A DNA stretch of 63,264 bases, filler included, from Octopus bimaculoides (Eukaryota): assembly GCF_001194135.2 (NCBI RefSeq). It is 8 parts of 8 records of this genome, joined end to end, with 100 filler letters (N's around TTAATTAATTAA, not from the genome) between each part and the next. Parts side by side here need not be neighbours in the genome. Positions count along the whole stretch, not along the records: positions 48,555 to 58,923 come from NC_068982.1; positions 59,024 to 61,544 come from NW_026380571.1; positions 61,645 to 63,264 come from NW_026311616.1; 5 more parts are not named here. One strand, 5' to 3'. Below are positions 51,195 to 63,235 of this stretch, piece after piece. The stretch's first letter is position 1. Each line of letters starts with the position of its first letter. The notes under the pieces were generated by a model. The model worked only from the letters and a program-made list of their open reading frames with translations, was not told where the DNA came from and searched no databases. The position numbers and the translations under genes are program-made.

Positions 51195-51391
51195 CTGTGT
51201 CTGTGAAACATTGAAAGAAAAAGGTTTATTATTTCCCTATCTTATTTGAAATTACGTACTAACTTTTTGGAGATATGATTGTTTAGACGAGAAATATTCA
51301 TGCACAAAATTCATGTGCCTGCTTTCTTGGAGTCTCAAATTAGTTAGTTCCTATGTCCGCGTATCTGTGCAACATATATTACGAGGTCATT

Positions 51392-51779
51392 TGTTGTTGT
51401 TGGTACTCCGTCGCTTACGACGTCGAGGGTTCCAGTTGATCCGATCCACGGAACAGCCTGCTTGTGAAATTAACGTGCAAGTGGCTGAGCACTCCACACA
51501 CACGTGCACCTTTAACGTAGTTCTCGGGGATATTCAGTGTGACACAGGGTGACAAGGCTGACCTTTTGAATTACAGGCACAACAGAAACAGGAAGTAAGA
51601 GTGAGAGAAAGTTGTGGTGAAAGAGTACAGCAGGGTTCGCCACCATTCCCTGCTGGAGCCTCATGGAGCTTTAGGTGTTTTCGCTCAATAAACACTCACA
51701 ACGCCCGGTCTGGGAATCGAAACCGCGATCCTATGACTGCGAGTCCGCTGCCCTAACCACTGGGCCATTGCGCCTCCAC
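51392..51779 (-). mobile_element. Full-length tRNA-SINE family C with 12-bp target-site duplication
   Basis: Head GGAGGCGCAATGGCCCAGTGGTTAGGGC...GGTTTCGATTCC (A and B boxes), (CAA)n tail, TSD ACGAGGTCATTT at 51381-51392 and 51780-51791. Confidence 0.92.
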
Positions 51780-52387
51780 ACGAGGTCATTTAAGCTTAAT
51801 AAAAATAATATAACAGAAGTTCGTACAAATTCGAATTCCGGGCAACGTTGGCTACCTCTGCTCGAGAGAGTCTGTGTGTATATGTGTGTGTATGTATGTA
51901 TGTGTAAGGGTCTGCGAGGCAGTGATCTTTAACGCTCTAATTTCAAATCGCGTTAATTCTGTGATCATTCCAGGGAAGAATAATATAGTTAGAAGCCAAC
52001 AAGTTTGGTCGATTAATTTGACTGCCTCTCCTCGAAAGATCTATGATCTTGTGACATTATTAGAAGTCGTTAATATAAACTATTATACAGTCTGAAACTA
52101 CAAATATGTTTGAAAGAAGACATTTTGTCTTTCTGTGAGGGTAGAGTCCTGGGATTACAGATTTAAGGACATGAACGTTGTGTATTGTAAAAACCAATAA
52201 ATCAAAAACGTAAAAAAATTAGTTGGGAAGCAGAAGAGACGTTGTTGTTGACAAAACAAGGCAGGCTAAGAGGAAGTGGAGAATTGCAAATAAAGTAATC
52301 AAAACGTAGCATCTGAGTTGCATTGTAAAAACAATAGCGCGTAGTAGTAGGACAAATGTATGTTCGTGTATAGCTTGCGTTTGAGAG

Positions 52388-52427
<40 letters not shown>

Positions 52428-52440
52428 NNNNNNNNNNTGT

Positions 52441-52473
<33 letters not shown>

Positions 52474-52687
52474 GGAGAGAGAGAGAGAGAGAGAGAGATA
52501 GAGAGCGATAGAGAGAGGGCAGAGGGAGAATGAAGGGGAAAATGAGAGGGTAAACTGAAAGAAAAGGGATAATGGAATGGAGATTCAAGGAGAGAAACAG
52601 AAATACATAGAAAACGAGAGAGAAGAAAAGGAATACAAAGAGAGAGAGAGAGAGGAGGTTATATATATATATATCTATATCTATCTA

Positions 52688-52725
<38 letters not shown>

Positions 52726-53498
52726 NNNNNNNNNNNNNNNNNNNNNNNNNNNNNNNNNNNNNNNNNNNNNNNNNNNNNNNNNNNNNNNNNNNNNNNNNNN
52801 NNNNNNNNNNNNNNNNNNNNNNNNNNNNNNNNNNNNNNNNNNNNNNNNNNNNNNNNNNNNNNNNNNNNNNNNNNNNNNNNNNNNNNNNNNNNNNNNNNNN
52901 NNNNNNNNNNNNNNNNNNNNNNNNNNNNNNNNNNNNNNNNNNNNNNNNNNNNNNNNNNNNNNNNNNNNNNNNNNNNNNNNNNNNNNNNNNNNNNNNNNNN
53001 NNNNNNNNNNNNNNNNNNNNNNNNNNNNNNNNNNNNNNNNNNNNNNNNNNNNNNNNNNNNNNNNNNNNNNNNNNNNNNNNNNNNNNNNNNNNNNNNNNNN
53101 NNNNNNNNNNNNNNNNNNNNNNNNNNNNNNNNNNNNNNNNNNNNNNNNNNNNNNNNNNNNNNNNNNNNNNNNNNNNNNNNNNNNNNNNNNNNNNNNNNNN
53201 NNNNNNNNNNNNNNNNNNNNNNNNNNNNNNNNNNNNNNNNNNNNNNNNNNNNNNNNNNNNNNNNNNNNNNNNNNNNNNNNNNNNNNNNNNNNNNNNNNNN
53301 NNNNNNNNNNNNNNNNNNNNNNNNNNNNNNNNNNNNNNNNNNNNNNNNNNNNNNNNNNNNNNNNNNNNNNNNNNNNNNNNNNNNNNNNNNNNNNNNNNNN
53401 NNNNNNNNNNNNNNNNNNNNNNNNNNNNNNNNNNNNNNNNNNNNNNNNNNNNNNNNNNNNNNNNNNNNNNNNNNNNNNNNNNNNNNNNNNNNNNNNNN

Positions 53499-53539
<41 letters not shown>

Positions 53540-54064
53540 CACGCAATACGTGTAAAAGCACATATACACACACACATATACGTGTGCGTGCATGAGTGTT
53601 ATTATACAAACCAAATGTAAAATATTCGTAAAAACTATTGAAGAAGAAAGAAGAAATATTATTATTAATACAAAAGTTTTGCTTTACAAGACTTGATGTT
53701 GATTAGAATTGAAGGAATATCAAAGGAAAAGAAGAGATATCTGAGGAGAAATGTGAAAATACGGTATGAAAATACAGAGGAAATGAAAAAATAGAAAGAA
53801 AGAAAGAAAGAAAAACAGGTAGATAGATAGATAAATAGATAGATAGATAGATAGAGTAAAAAGGAGCATAATGGAAGTGATTGTGTAGAAATAAGAGAGA
53901 ATAAGCGAAGAAGGTTAAGAACGCGAGAGGAAGAATAAAAATGTCAGTTGGAAAGAACGGAGAGCTACGAAGGAAGAAAGAGAAAACGAGTGAGAGAGAG
54001 AGAGACGCAGAAGAGACTGATAATGAGTGTGAGAGAATTAGAGATGAAAGAGGGAGAGAAATAG

Positions 54065-54095
<31 letters not shown>

Positions 54096-54105
54096 NNNNN
54101 NNNNN

Positions 54106-54151
<46 letters not shown>

Positions 54152-54571
54152 AGAAAGAGAGAGAGAGAGAGTATGTTAGTGTCAGTTTGTGGAAAAGGTG
54201 ATGGAGTGATAGAATAAGAGATTATACAGAAAATAGTGCGGGGGTAAAGGAAATTGAACGATAAATAATGTGACAATGATAAATAAGTGACCGTTTCCTG
54301 CTATTCTCAGAGGATGTTGGCAGGAAAAAGCCTGTAGCGACGACTGCACTGAGGGCGTTGGTGGATGCCGGACTGCATCTGTATCTGTATTCTGAAATCC
54401 AAGGAGAATATTGAGGCTGATTAATACCAATCCTCAGCTGATTCTTAATAACTGGTGGTAGGCACAGGAGTTGTAAATGACTGAGAAGGGATTTCTTTTT
54501 CAGGAAATCAACTCAAAACTTGATAAATGAAGAGAAGACCGAGAATGGAGTTACAAATAAATAAATAAATA

Positions 54572-54603
<32 letters not shown>

Positions 54604-54986
54604 GGAGAAAAAGATAACTGTGTGTTTTAGATAACTCCTCTAACTCGATCCTTAGGGCTCTACAAGAATTAAGCTTCTATCTGATCTTCTTCTTCTTCTT
54701 CTTCTTCTTCTTGCTCTCTGTAATACTGCGTACAAAGAACCCTGTCCGGGATTGATAATGAATATTTCTCAATACTCTTAGCATCGTGCGACATAAAGAC
54801 ATTATTTCCTCGTTTTCTTGGGAACTAAATTCTTATTTCTCTAATCTGTATAATACGACTATATCTGAGGATATAAAAAACCCCAAAGAAATGAAAGCAA
54901 AAACAATCATAAGAACCAAAATAAGAACAACGCATGCTGTTGTATCTGTGTAAGAAGTCTGACTTTGATAAATTGAATGAAGGGAG

Positions 54987-55037
<51 letters not shown>

Positions 55038-55051
55038 AAGAGAGAGAGAGA

Positions 55052-55084
<33 letters not shown>

Positions 55085-55122
55085 NNNNNNNNNNNNNNNN
55101 NNNNNNNNNNNNNNNNNNNNNN

Positions 55123-55177
<55 letters not shown>

Positions 55178-55289
55178 AGGTATTATGGTGGTTGCCTGAT
55201 CTTCATATTAAAGTTTGCTTCATGACTGGAATCTCTAGTCATGACTATTCTATCATTTTCTGATAGAAATATGTATTTAAATTAATTCT

Positions 55290-55748
55290 AAATGAGCAAC
55301 AGCCAGAACGTTATTGAGTACTTATCACAGGTTCACGGGATATTACTATTTATAGAGGGACGTCCGTCCTAACGTTCTGAGTTCAAATTCCGCCGAGGTC
55401 GACTTTACCTTTTTTCATCCCTTCGGGGTCAATAAAATGATTACTATTTGAGCACTGGGATCGGTGTAATTGACTTACCCCATCCCCCAAAGTTGCTGGC
55501 ATTGTGCCAGAATTTGAAACCATTATCAAAGGCAGTGAAGATGCAGAATTTTTACAGCATCAGATGAAATGCATAGCGGTATTTCCTCCGACTCTATACG
55601 TTCTGAGTTCAAGTACCGCCGTGGTCAACTTTGCCTTTCATCATTTCGGGGTTGATAAAATAACTACCAGTTGAGCACAGGGATCGATGTAACCGACTTA
55701 GCACTTTCCCTAAATTTGCTGACCTTGGGTCAAAATTTGGAACCGTTC
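55290..55748 (+). mobile_element. Two head-to-tail SINE family B copies
   Basis: Each has ACGTTCTGAGTTCAA.T.CCGCCG.GGTC.ACTTT.CCTTT.CATC...CGGGGT..ATAAAAT...GAGCAC.GG.ATCG.TGTAA. Confidence 0.8.
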
Positions 55749-56809
55749 TTTATAGATGAAAGAGAGGTCTGAGTGCCATTCATGTCTTTAGCTCCTGATC
55801 AGTGGACTTGTGATGTAGATACTTTTCTATCGCTCTCGAAGTCACACTGGGTTGATTCGTTCCTGATATTTTTGGTAACAAATAAGTATCCTTGACGTAC
55901 TGCTGACTAAATATTAGACTAGCACAGAGTGCAAATAATTACAACTCCTCAAAAGATAAGGGATCTCAATGGAGTTGATGCCAGCAAATCTAAGCAAGAG
56001 TTGAACTTTCTCCTGTGAAAATCGTGAATAAACGCACCTGTCATACAAAAGACACACGAAAGCAGAGATGTAAAAGTCTTTTATTCTTCAAACTATACTA
56101 TAGAATGAAGGCTGTTATAGGAAGCGGCTTATTTCCGAGAAACCCACGACTAAAGCCCCCAGATATCCTACAAATTTCGGTCCTCATAATCTCAGATGAT
56201 TTTCTCATGGTGATCTTGCATACCACGGTGTTAAAAACTGCCTTCAAAGACAGATTTTCTCTTCAGATCAAGGAGATACCTAGGCTCTCTTCAGTTGCTC
56301 ACTCTCTACAATGCCAAAATACGACACATTGCTCACACACGTAGGATGCAGTTGAAATACAAAACATTCTCGACTTCCAGCCAACGCAAAAACATCAAAG
56401 CGGTCACAAGGGCTGGCAGAAATAGCAGCTAAGTCCACCCAGATGACATAATACTCTCTTAAAAAATGGAAGGACACATTGATCACAGACTTATCCAATC
56501 TGATCTAAAGCTAATCAATAACCATATTTTCAACCATATCTAAAACTAACCAAGGTTTTCTCAGCAACACTTTACAAACATTGTTTCTCAGATACGTTTG
56601 TCTTTTCCTGTATGGTCATGAGATATTTTTATCTTTCATCAAAGGAGCTGAAAACCATCTCCATCCATGTAACGCAATACGCTTAAATCTCCTCCGTTAA
56701 ATATTTCGACTGCGTGCCATCAAAGTTCCTACACACAAATCGCCTAATTATTTATCAGAATGACTTTCCATGTACTTTAATTAGAAACAATTATTCTTGC
56801 AATGAAAAT

Positions 56810-57350
56810 AGGCAGCGAATAGACAAAGAGGTTAAGAGCGTCGAATACAATCCAAAACATAGTTACGGTTCTTTAAGCTCTGGGTTCAAATATCACCGAA
56901 TCAACTTTGCAACTTAACAATTCCGTGATCGATAAAATAAAGTAGCAGTCAAGTACTTGGGTAAATTGTTGCTTTATTTCAAATTTCTGGACTTATTAGA
57001 CTGGTAAAATTCTTAGAGCTTCCAACAAAATGAATACGGCATACTGAATTAAAATCACGTCGAAGTCATCTTTCACTTTTATTTGAGGTCGATAAATAAA
57101 GTACTAGCGAAGTCCTAGGATGATTTCGTCGACAAAACACCGCCCCCTAAATACCTGGCTTTGCAAAATTATGTTAGAATCAATTATTAAGGTAATATTG
57201 TAGGAATAAGTAGAGAGAAACGTGAAATAATTTGTCATATTTTATAACATACATTTACGTTCCGAGTTCAAATCTCGCTGAACTTCAACATTAACATTAA
57301 ACCCATTCAAGTACAGGAGTCGATTAAATCGACTAAATTATTGTCCCCCT
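56810..57350 (+). mobile_element. Three degenerate tandem SINE family B copies
   Basis: Repeated GTTC.GAGTTCAAAT and GTCGATAAA(A)TAAAGTA motifs. Confidence 0.6.
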
Positions 57351-58039
57351 TCCTACAATGCTCATGCTATCGAAATACGTGGCTCTCTGTCTTATGTTAA
57401 GAATCTGTATGAGACTGTTTCAAATGTATATGTTGACGAGTTCCACTTTGGCTTAAACTTACAAAATATATGGAAAAAAAGAAAGAAAAACAAACAATAA
57501 AATACTTGCACTTATAATTCGTGACTATCTCTATAGCTAATTTCTCTTTAACTCAACATTTTTTCTTCGTCTTTTCTCACTTTTCTTCAACCCACTGCCA
57601 CATACCTCCTCTTCCTCCCTTTTCTTCATCCCCTCCGCCTTTTCTCCCCTTCCTGTTTCTTTACTCTTCTTATTCAACCTTCATCAACAAATACTAAAAA
57701 AAGTTATTTCTTTCTAAATTTTGTATAATGTGATATTTTGAGAAGCAAGAAAAAAAAAAGCAATATATTTTTTTGTACTCAAAGTCGATATAAACAAAAC
57801 ACGTGCATACATAAATGCACACACTTCCTCTCTTTCTCACACGCACACCTCTACATAAATAGAAATGAGTATGTATGGCTTGGGTATTCTGTAAGTGGTT
57901 TCATTTACTATGCATAACTTAGATTTTAGTACAGATAATCTTACATTGTATGCGCAGAAAGGTATATCTATACCTATGTATCTGTCTGTCNNNNNNNNNN
58001 ATACATTTGAAATTTATAGAAAAACAAAAGACGGAGACA

Positions 58040-58470
58040 GATGTACAAACAACAAGCAAGTGTAATAGTTTGACGCTCAGGAAGGTGAGAAAGTCTTTTA
58101 CGTTTCGACCCTACGCTCTTCGACAGAAAGGAACACGGAGAAATAAACAGAGAGAATAAAAGAAAAACATCTAGGAACAAGGGGAGATATTAAAGTAGTG
58201 GTGGTCCCAAAACGAAGGTGCGCGTACAGGTGTGTATGTGAGAGTGTGTGTGCGTGTGGATAGGGGCCGGTGACTTTGACGTTTGGGTGTGTGTGTGTAT
58301 ATGCGTCTGTAATGCGTGGGTGTGTGGATGATTCTGCGGGTGCTGGCAAGTGCTTAGTGCTATTGTGTGCAGGGTGGCGTTGGGTGATGTGGTGGTGCGT
58401 GGTGTGGGGTGGCGGCTATCGGGTATGGGGATGTGAGGGTGGGGAGTGGATTTGGGGAGTGGATGTGTGG
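58040..58470 (-). mobile_element. Penelope-like terminal region with hammerhead-like motif
   Basis: Minus strand CTGTCGAAGAGCGTAGGGTCGAAACGTAAAAG, with a GT/G-rich upstream tract. Confidence 0.55.
58095..58130 (-). ncRNA. Variant type-I minimal hammerhead-like motif (core CUGUCGA)
   Basis: CUUU-CUGUCGA-A-GAGC-GUAG-GGUC-GAAA-CG-UA-AAAG; A6 is replaced by U. Confidence 0.45.
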
Positions 58471-58649
58471 TGGTAGACACATTTCGAAAAATAGGTAAAT
58501 ATAATTTACTTTAATTTCGAAATGCGGTTGCCTACATAAAAAGGGTGTTATAGTCTTGGAGATCTTTATGGTAGTTGAAAAGACATTGGCGTCTATTTCT
58601 AATTCGGTACGTGGCTAAGCAGTACGTGGCTAAGCAATATATTATATAC

Positions 58650-58688
<39 letters not shown>

Positions 58689-58690
<2 letters not shown>

Positions 58691-58859
58691 CGTAGGAGTG
58701 GCTGTATGGTAAGTAGCTTGCTAACGAACCACATGGTTCCAGGTTAAGTCCCACTGCGTGGCACCTTGGGCAAGTGTCTTCTACTGTAGCCTCGGGCCGA
58801 CCAAAGCCTTGTGAGTGGATTTGGTAGACGGGAACTGAAAGAAGCCTGTCGTATATATG

Positions 58860-58892
<33 letters not shown>

Positions 58893-58923
58893 ATATGTTT
58901 GTGTGTCTGTGTTTGTCGCCCCA
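58689..58923 (+). mobile_element. SINE family A, well-preserved 5' half (cut by gap)
   Basis: GGCGTAGGAGTGGCTGTATGGTAAGTAGCTTGC...GGTTCCAGGTTAAGTCCC head. Confidence 0.9.
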
Positions 58924-59024
58924 NNNNNNNNNNNNNNNNNNNNNNNNNNNNNNNNNNNNNNNNNNNNTTAATTAATTAANNNNNNNNNNNNNNNNNNNNN
59001 NNNNNNNNNNNNNNNNNNNNNNNT

Positions 59025-59171
59025 TTATTGAAAAGCAGCAAAAGTATCACAAAAACTGTTACACAAAGTTTCACGTTCCCGTTCGTCGGACAGTTTTGAA
59101 AACTGTCCCACGAACGGGAACGTGAAACTCTGTGTAACAGTTTTTGTGATACTTTTGCTGCTTTTCAATAA
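59025..59171. repeat. 147-bp near-perfect palindrome (73-bp arms, 2 mismatches, 1-nt spacer)
   Basis: Direct reading. Each arm carries a hammerhead-like fold (59099-59144 on +, 59052-59097 on -). Confidence 0.95.
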
Positions 59172-59220
59172 TGCATTTTACTCTACCTCTGAAATTCGAG
59201 TACTATTTTTTCCACCTTAG

Positions 59221-59274
<54 letters not shown>

Positions 59275-60039
59275 GTTAATCGAATGTATCCTTTGAGAAT
59301 AAAGTGAACTGGTTTGCAGGTAAGTGCTTTTAATATGAAAAATGTCTTAAACCTTAAAGGTATTTAGAGATTCAATTAGAACGATTATATGTTAGAGAGT
59401 AAAAGTAGAAAAAATTACATCATAAAAATCACAGTAGAGATACGTCCATAAGATAAACAATATTGTATTAATAAATAAATATCTAAAGCATAACTATGGT
59501 TATTTAAAAAGATTTGAGAGATCATACGATCGTTTCATGAGTATACTAACTTTTGAAATGAAATCCAATGTCTTCTAAAGAATGTGTGCATATGTGTATG
59601 TATGTATAAATGTATGCATGAATATGTGTAAACATGGATGTATGTGTGTGTGCATGTATATACGTATTTATGTATGTATGCATGTATGTATGCATGTATG
59701 TATGTATGTCATTGTTCAATTTCATTTCAAGATTTCTTGCCGGTGGAGAAAGAACCGGTTTCTAACCTAGATCCAAGGCTCTTTCATTGGAATTTCAACA
59801 TCAACAGTGTTTTTTGTATGTATGTATGTATGTATGTATGTATGTATGTATGTGTGTATTTATGAATGTAAATAACTATGTGTATCTATTTCTGAATATG
59901 TGCATACCTACATCGATATAACAATATGTCTGTGTTAGTATGCGCACGCGCATGCATGTGTGCGCGTGTGTGGGTGTCTACCGACACAGTTAATGGCGAT
60001 GGTAATTAACCTTTCTCAGTCAAACTCCTAATTGATTTT

Positions 60040-61480
60040 CATTAAAAACAACAACAACAGCAGCAACAATGCCGACGGCAACCAACACCAAAGTAACTTC
60101 CGGTTCATACAACAACAACAACAACAACAGTGACAGCAAGAAGAGCACGAACATCGTCACTACCATAAACAACAACAATTGAGGGGAGGGGGAATATGGA
60201 GAGAGGAAAATGAGGAGGAGGGGAGGGATGTGTGGAGGGGAGGTGGGAATATGGNNNNNNNNNNNNNNNNNNNNNNNNNNNNNNNNNNNNNNNNNNNNNN
60301 NNNNNNNNNNNNNNNNNNNNNNNNNNNNNNNNNNNNNNNNNNNNNNNNNNNNNNNNNNNNNNNNNNNNNNNNNNNNNNNNNNNNNNNNNNNNNNNNNNNN
60401 NNNNNNNNNNNNNNNNNNNNNNNNNNNNNNNNNNNNNNNNNNNNNNNNNNNNNNNNNNNNNNNNNNNNNNNNNNNNNNNNNNNNNNNNNNNNNNNNNNNN
60501 NNNNNNNNNNNNNNNNNNNNNNNNNNNNNNNNNNNNNNNNNNNNNNNNNNNNNNNNNNNNNNNNNNNNNNNNNNNNNNNNNNNNNNNNNNNNNNNNNNNN
60601 NNNNNNNNNNNNNNNNNNNNNNNNNNNNNNNNNNNNNNNNNNNNNNNNNNNNNNNNNNNNNNNNNNNNNNNNNNNNNNNNNNNNNNNNNNNNNNNNNNNN
60701 NNNNNNNNNNNNNNNNNNNNNNNNNNNNNNNNNNNNNNNNNNNNNNNNNNNNNNNNNNNNNNNNNNNNNNNNNNNNNNNNNNNNNNNNNNNNNNNNNNNN
60801 NNNNNNNNNNNNNNNNNNNNNNNNNNNNNNNNNNNNNNNNNNNNNNNNNNNNNNNNNNNNNNNNNNNNNNNNNNNNNNNNNNNNNNNNNNNNNNNNNNNN
60901 NNNNNNNNNNNNNNNNNNNNNNNNNNNNNNNNNNNNNNNNNNNNNNNNNNNNNNNNNNNNNNNNNNNNNNNNNNNNNNNNNNNNNNNNNNNNNNNNNNNN
61001 NNNNNNNNNNNNNNNNNNNNNNNNNNNNNNNNNNNNNNNNNNNNNNNNNNNNNNNNNNNNNNNNNNNNNNNNNNNNNNNNNNNNNNNNNNNNNNNNNNNN
61101 NNNNNNNNNNNNNNNNNNNNNNNNNNNNNNNNNNNNNNNNNNNNNNNNNNNNNNNNNNNNNNNNNNNNNNNNNGGAGGAGGAGGAGGTGGATGAGAAGAA
61201 GAAGAAGAAGAAGAAGGAGGAGAAGAAGAAGAAGAAGAAGAAGAAGAAGGAGAAGAAGAAGAAGAAGAAGAAGAAGAAGGAGGAGGAGAAGGAGGAGAAG
61301 AAGGAGGAGGAGAAGAAGAAGAAGAAGAAGAAGAAGGAGAAGGAGAAGAAGAAGGAGGAGGAGGAGAAGGAGAAGAAGAAGAAGAAGAAGAAGAAGAAGA
61401 AGAAGAAGAAGAGTGATTGAATGAATGAATGGAGCGAAAAGAAGAAGAAGAACAACAACAACAACAACAACAGCAAGGTA
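60040..61480. repeat. Purine-rich (GAA/GAG)n and (CAA)n tracts flanking a long gap
   Basis: Direct reading. Confidence 0.9.
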
Positions 61481-61644
61481 GCAAAGTGCAAGGGTAACGA
61501 CATTAATAACGAGAAGAATAACATAATCCATATCAATCTGAATANNNNNNNNNNNNNNNNNNNNNNNNNNNNNNNNNNNNNNNNNNNNTTAATTAATTAA
61601 NNNNNNNNNNNNNNNNNNNNNNNNNNNNNNNNNNNNNNNNNNNN

Positions 61645-62040
61645 TCTCTTAGATGAATCAATGAATAAGCGCCATTCAGCTGGAACATGCTCTCAAAACA
61701 AACACAGACATGACAAAATATATGAGGTCTGTTCTTGCAATGCCTTGACATCCTGAGTAGAATTTGATGATGATGATGACTTGGCACCTTAAACAGAAAG
61801 TAAAATTTATGAAAAGAAAATATTATGAAAACATAAAATTACAAAAGAAATACAAATAGTTATAAAACAGAAGTCAGAATTTACCTGTATAAGACGTTTA
61901 CGTGTAGCGATACTGCTGATGGGAGTTATATACCTCTCTTATCTCATCAGAAAAACTGTGCCTGATAGAAGGAAACCGATTACATTTTTGAAATCTGCAG
62001 ACAAAATTACATATAAAACACTATATAATATCCCTGATGA
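61645..62040 (-). mobile_element. Chapaev3-like (CMC superfamily) DNA transposon remnant
   Basis: Minus-strand peptide EHVPAEWRLFIDSSK. The superfamily assignment is from recall of this motif and needs a Dfam/Repbase check. Confidence 0.5.
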
Positions 62041-62451
62041 AAATTGGCTGTTGACCAGTGTAATCATTCCAAATATCTGGGCATTCATATAGGGACTTCA
62101 TTTATTTCATACTCCTGCAAAACCCTCCATAGAATGTCCTGCAGCATACGATCATATATCTTTACAAGGTGTACTAAGCAAACATATACATCCTGGCTAT
62201 ATACTCATGATTTCTTAACCCTCTCTTGGTGTGGTGGGATATTAAAACACTGTTAGTGCAGTAGGGTGTGATTTACCCCAGGTATTTTATTTATCAAGAG
62301 TTTCTGTCCAATTTGTTTCTCAAAAGACATTTTAATCTTGCAGAAAAAAAATTTCATGTGTTAGACAATTGAAAAAGAAATAAAAAACTACTAAAGCAGG
62401 CAAACAAAAAGAGCAGACATTTTATTTGGTAAACTGTTTGGTGTTTACTAT

Positions 62452-62620
62452 TTACTTGTTGCTGCTTGCATTCTTGTCACCCTCACCATAGCAGTGAACA
62501 CAAACCATGAATGAATGATCCAAGCAGTTGGGTTTTGAACACTTCTGACAGCTATTTGTCTTTCGATCCTTTGATCTGGGGCACAATGTGCATCTTTGTT
62601 GAGAACTTTCACAACAGTAT
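62452..62620 (-). mobile_element. piggyBac transposase C-terminal cysteine-rich domain remnant
   Basis: QRCTLCPRSKDRKTNSCQKCSKPNCLDHSFMVCVHC. Confidence 0.8.
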
Positions 62621-63109
62621 TTTGAAAGTAATTCCTCCAAAGTCATCATAAAATAGTCATTATAAAAACAAAACAACACAAATGTATATTATGTTGTGTG
62701 TGCCACAACTGAACCTTAGGATAAGATAATAAAGGAAATATATGCTTTAGAAAATTTACCTATCAGAAAGGTGTGGAGGGGTTTGCTACACTCTGAGATG
62801 CAGTTACTGTACACATAACACTTCCTCCTTTTGCCAGCAGCAGACTAAGTAACCTGATGTATCAACTCAGTGGACATAGGCAGGAAATTACATAGGAGGA
62901 TACTTGTTTCACTGCTGAGAGATGTAAGATATTTGTAAAGAAACATCACTTGGGGTAAGCTACACTCTACTGCACCAATGGAGGGTTAATGATCTTCCCT
63001 ATGGTGAATATCTAGGATGAAGCAACATTGTTCTTTAGCTAGCTTGGGCTTGACAAGTTCCTCTCGTTCTTCTTCCAGGCATCTAGTGTTGACTTTCCTG
63101 GAAAGCCTC

Positions 63110-63235
63110 AACAAAGAGATTCTTTATTTACATTTGACGGATATTTGTTCTCATCAGGTGTCTTGGGAAAATTTCGAACTTGGGTTCTCATTCCTAAGGT
63201 ATTTATTGATGTTGTTATTATTATTGCCTTTGCAC
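63110..63235 (-). mobile_element. Second, internally deleted copy of the hammerhead-bearing module of 28670-28850
   Basis: Shares GGTTCTCATTCCTAAGGTATTT and CAGGTGTCTTGG with the first copy. Minus strand GACAC-CTGATGA is joined directly to GAACAAATATCCGTC. Confidence 0.8.

Larger units (their letters stand above)
6268..61600. other. Seven assembly linkers TTAATTAATTAA embedded in N-gaps (6268, 14796, 24389, 31474, 48499, 58968, 61589)
   Basis: Identical 12-mer with stops in all six frames, always centred in about 100 bp of N. Confidence 0.9.

Noticed and set aside
50637-51283. Identical 103-bp direct repeat (50637-50739 and 51181-51283)
   Set aside because: It flanks an N-gap exactly, so it is most likely unmerged overlapping contig ends or two haplotypes.
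54309-54415. Possible exon after CTATTCTCAG (GCWQEKACSDDC or DVGRKKPVATTALR frames)
   Set aside because: Two competing frames, no convincing donor and no recognisable homology.
58400-58470. G-quadruplex-prone tract
   Set aside because: Part of a GT/G-rich repeat-associated low-complexity region with no evidence of function.
994-61536. Long ORF-track entries (YIYI, CVCV, poly-L/S/K/H, X-runs)
   Set aside because: They are translations of microsatellites and N-gaps.
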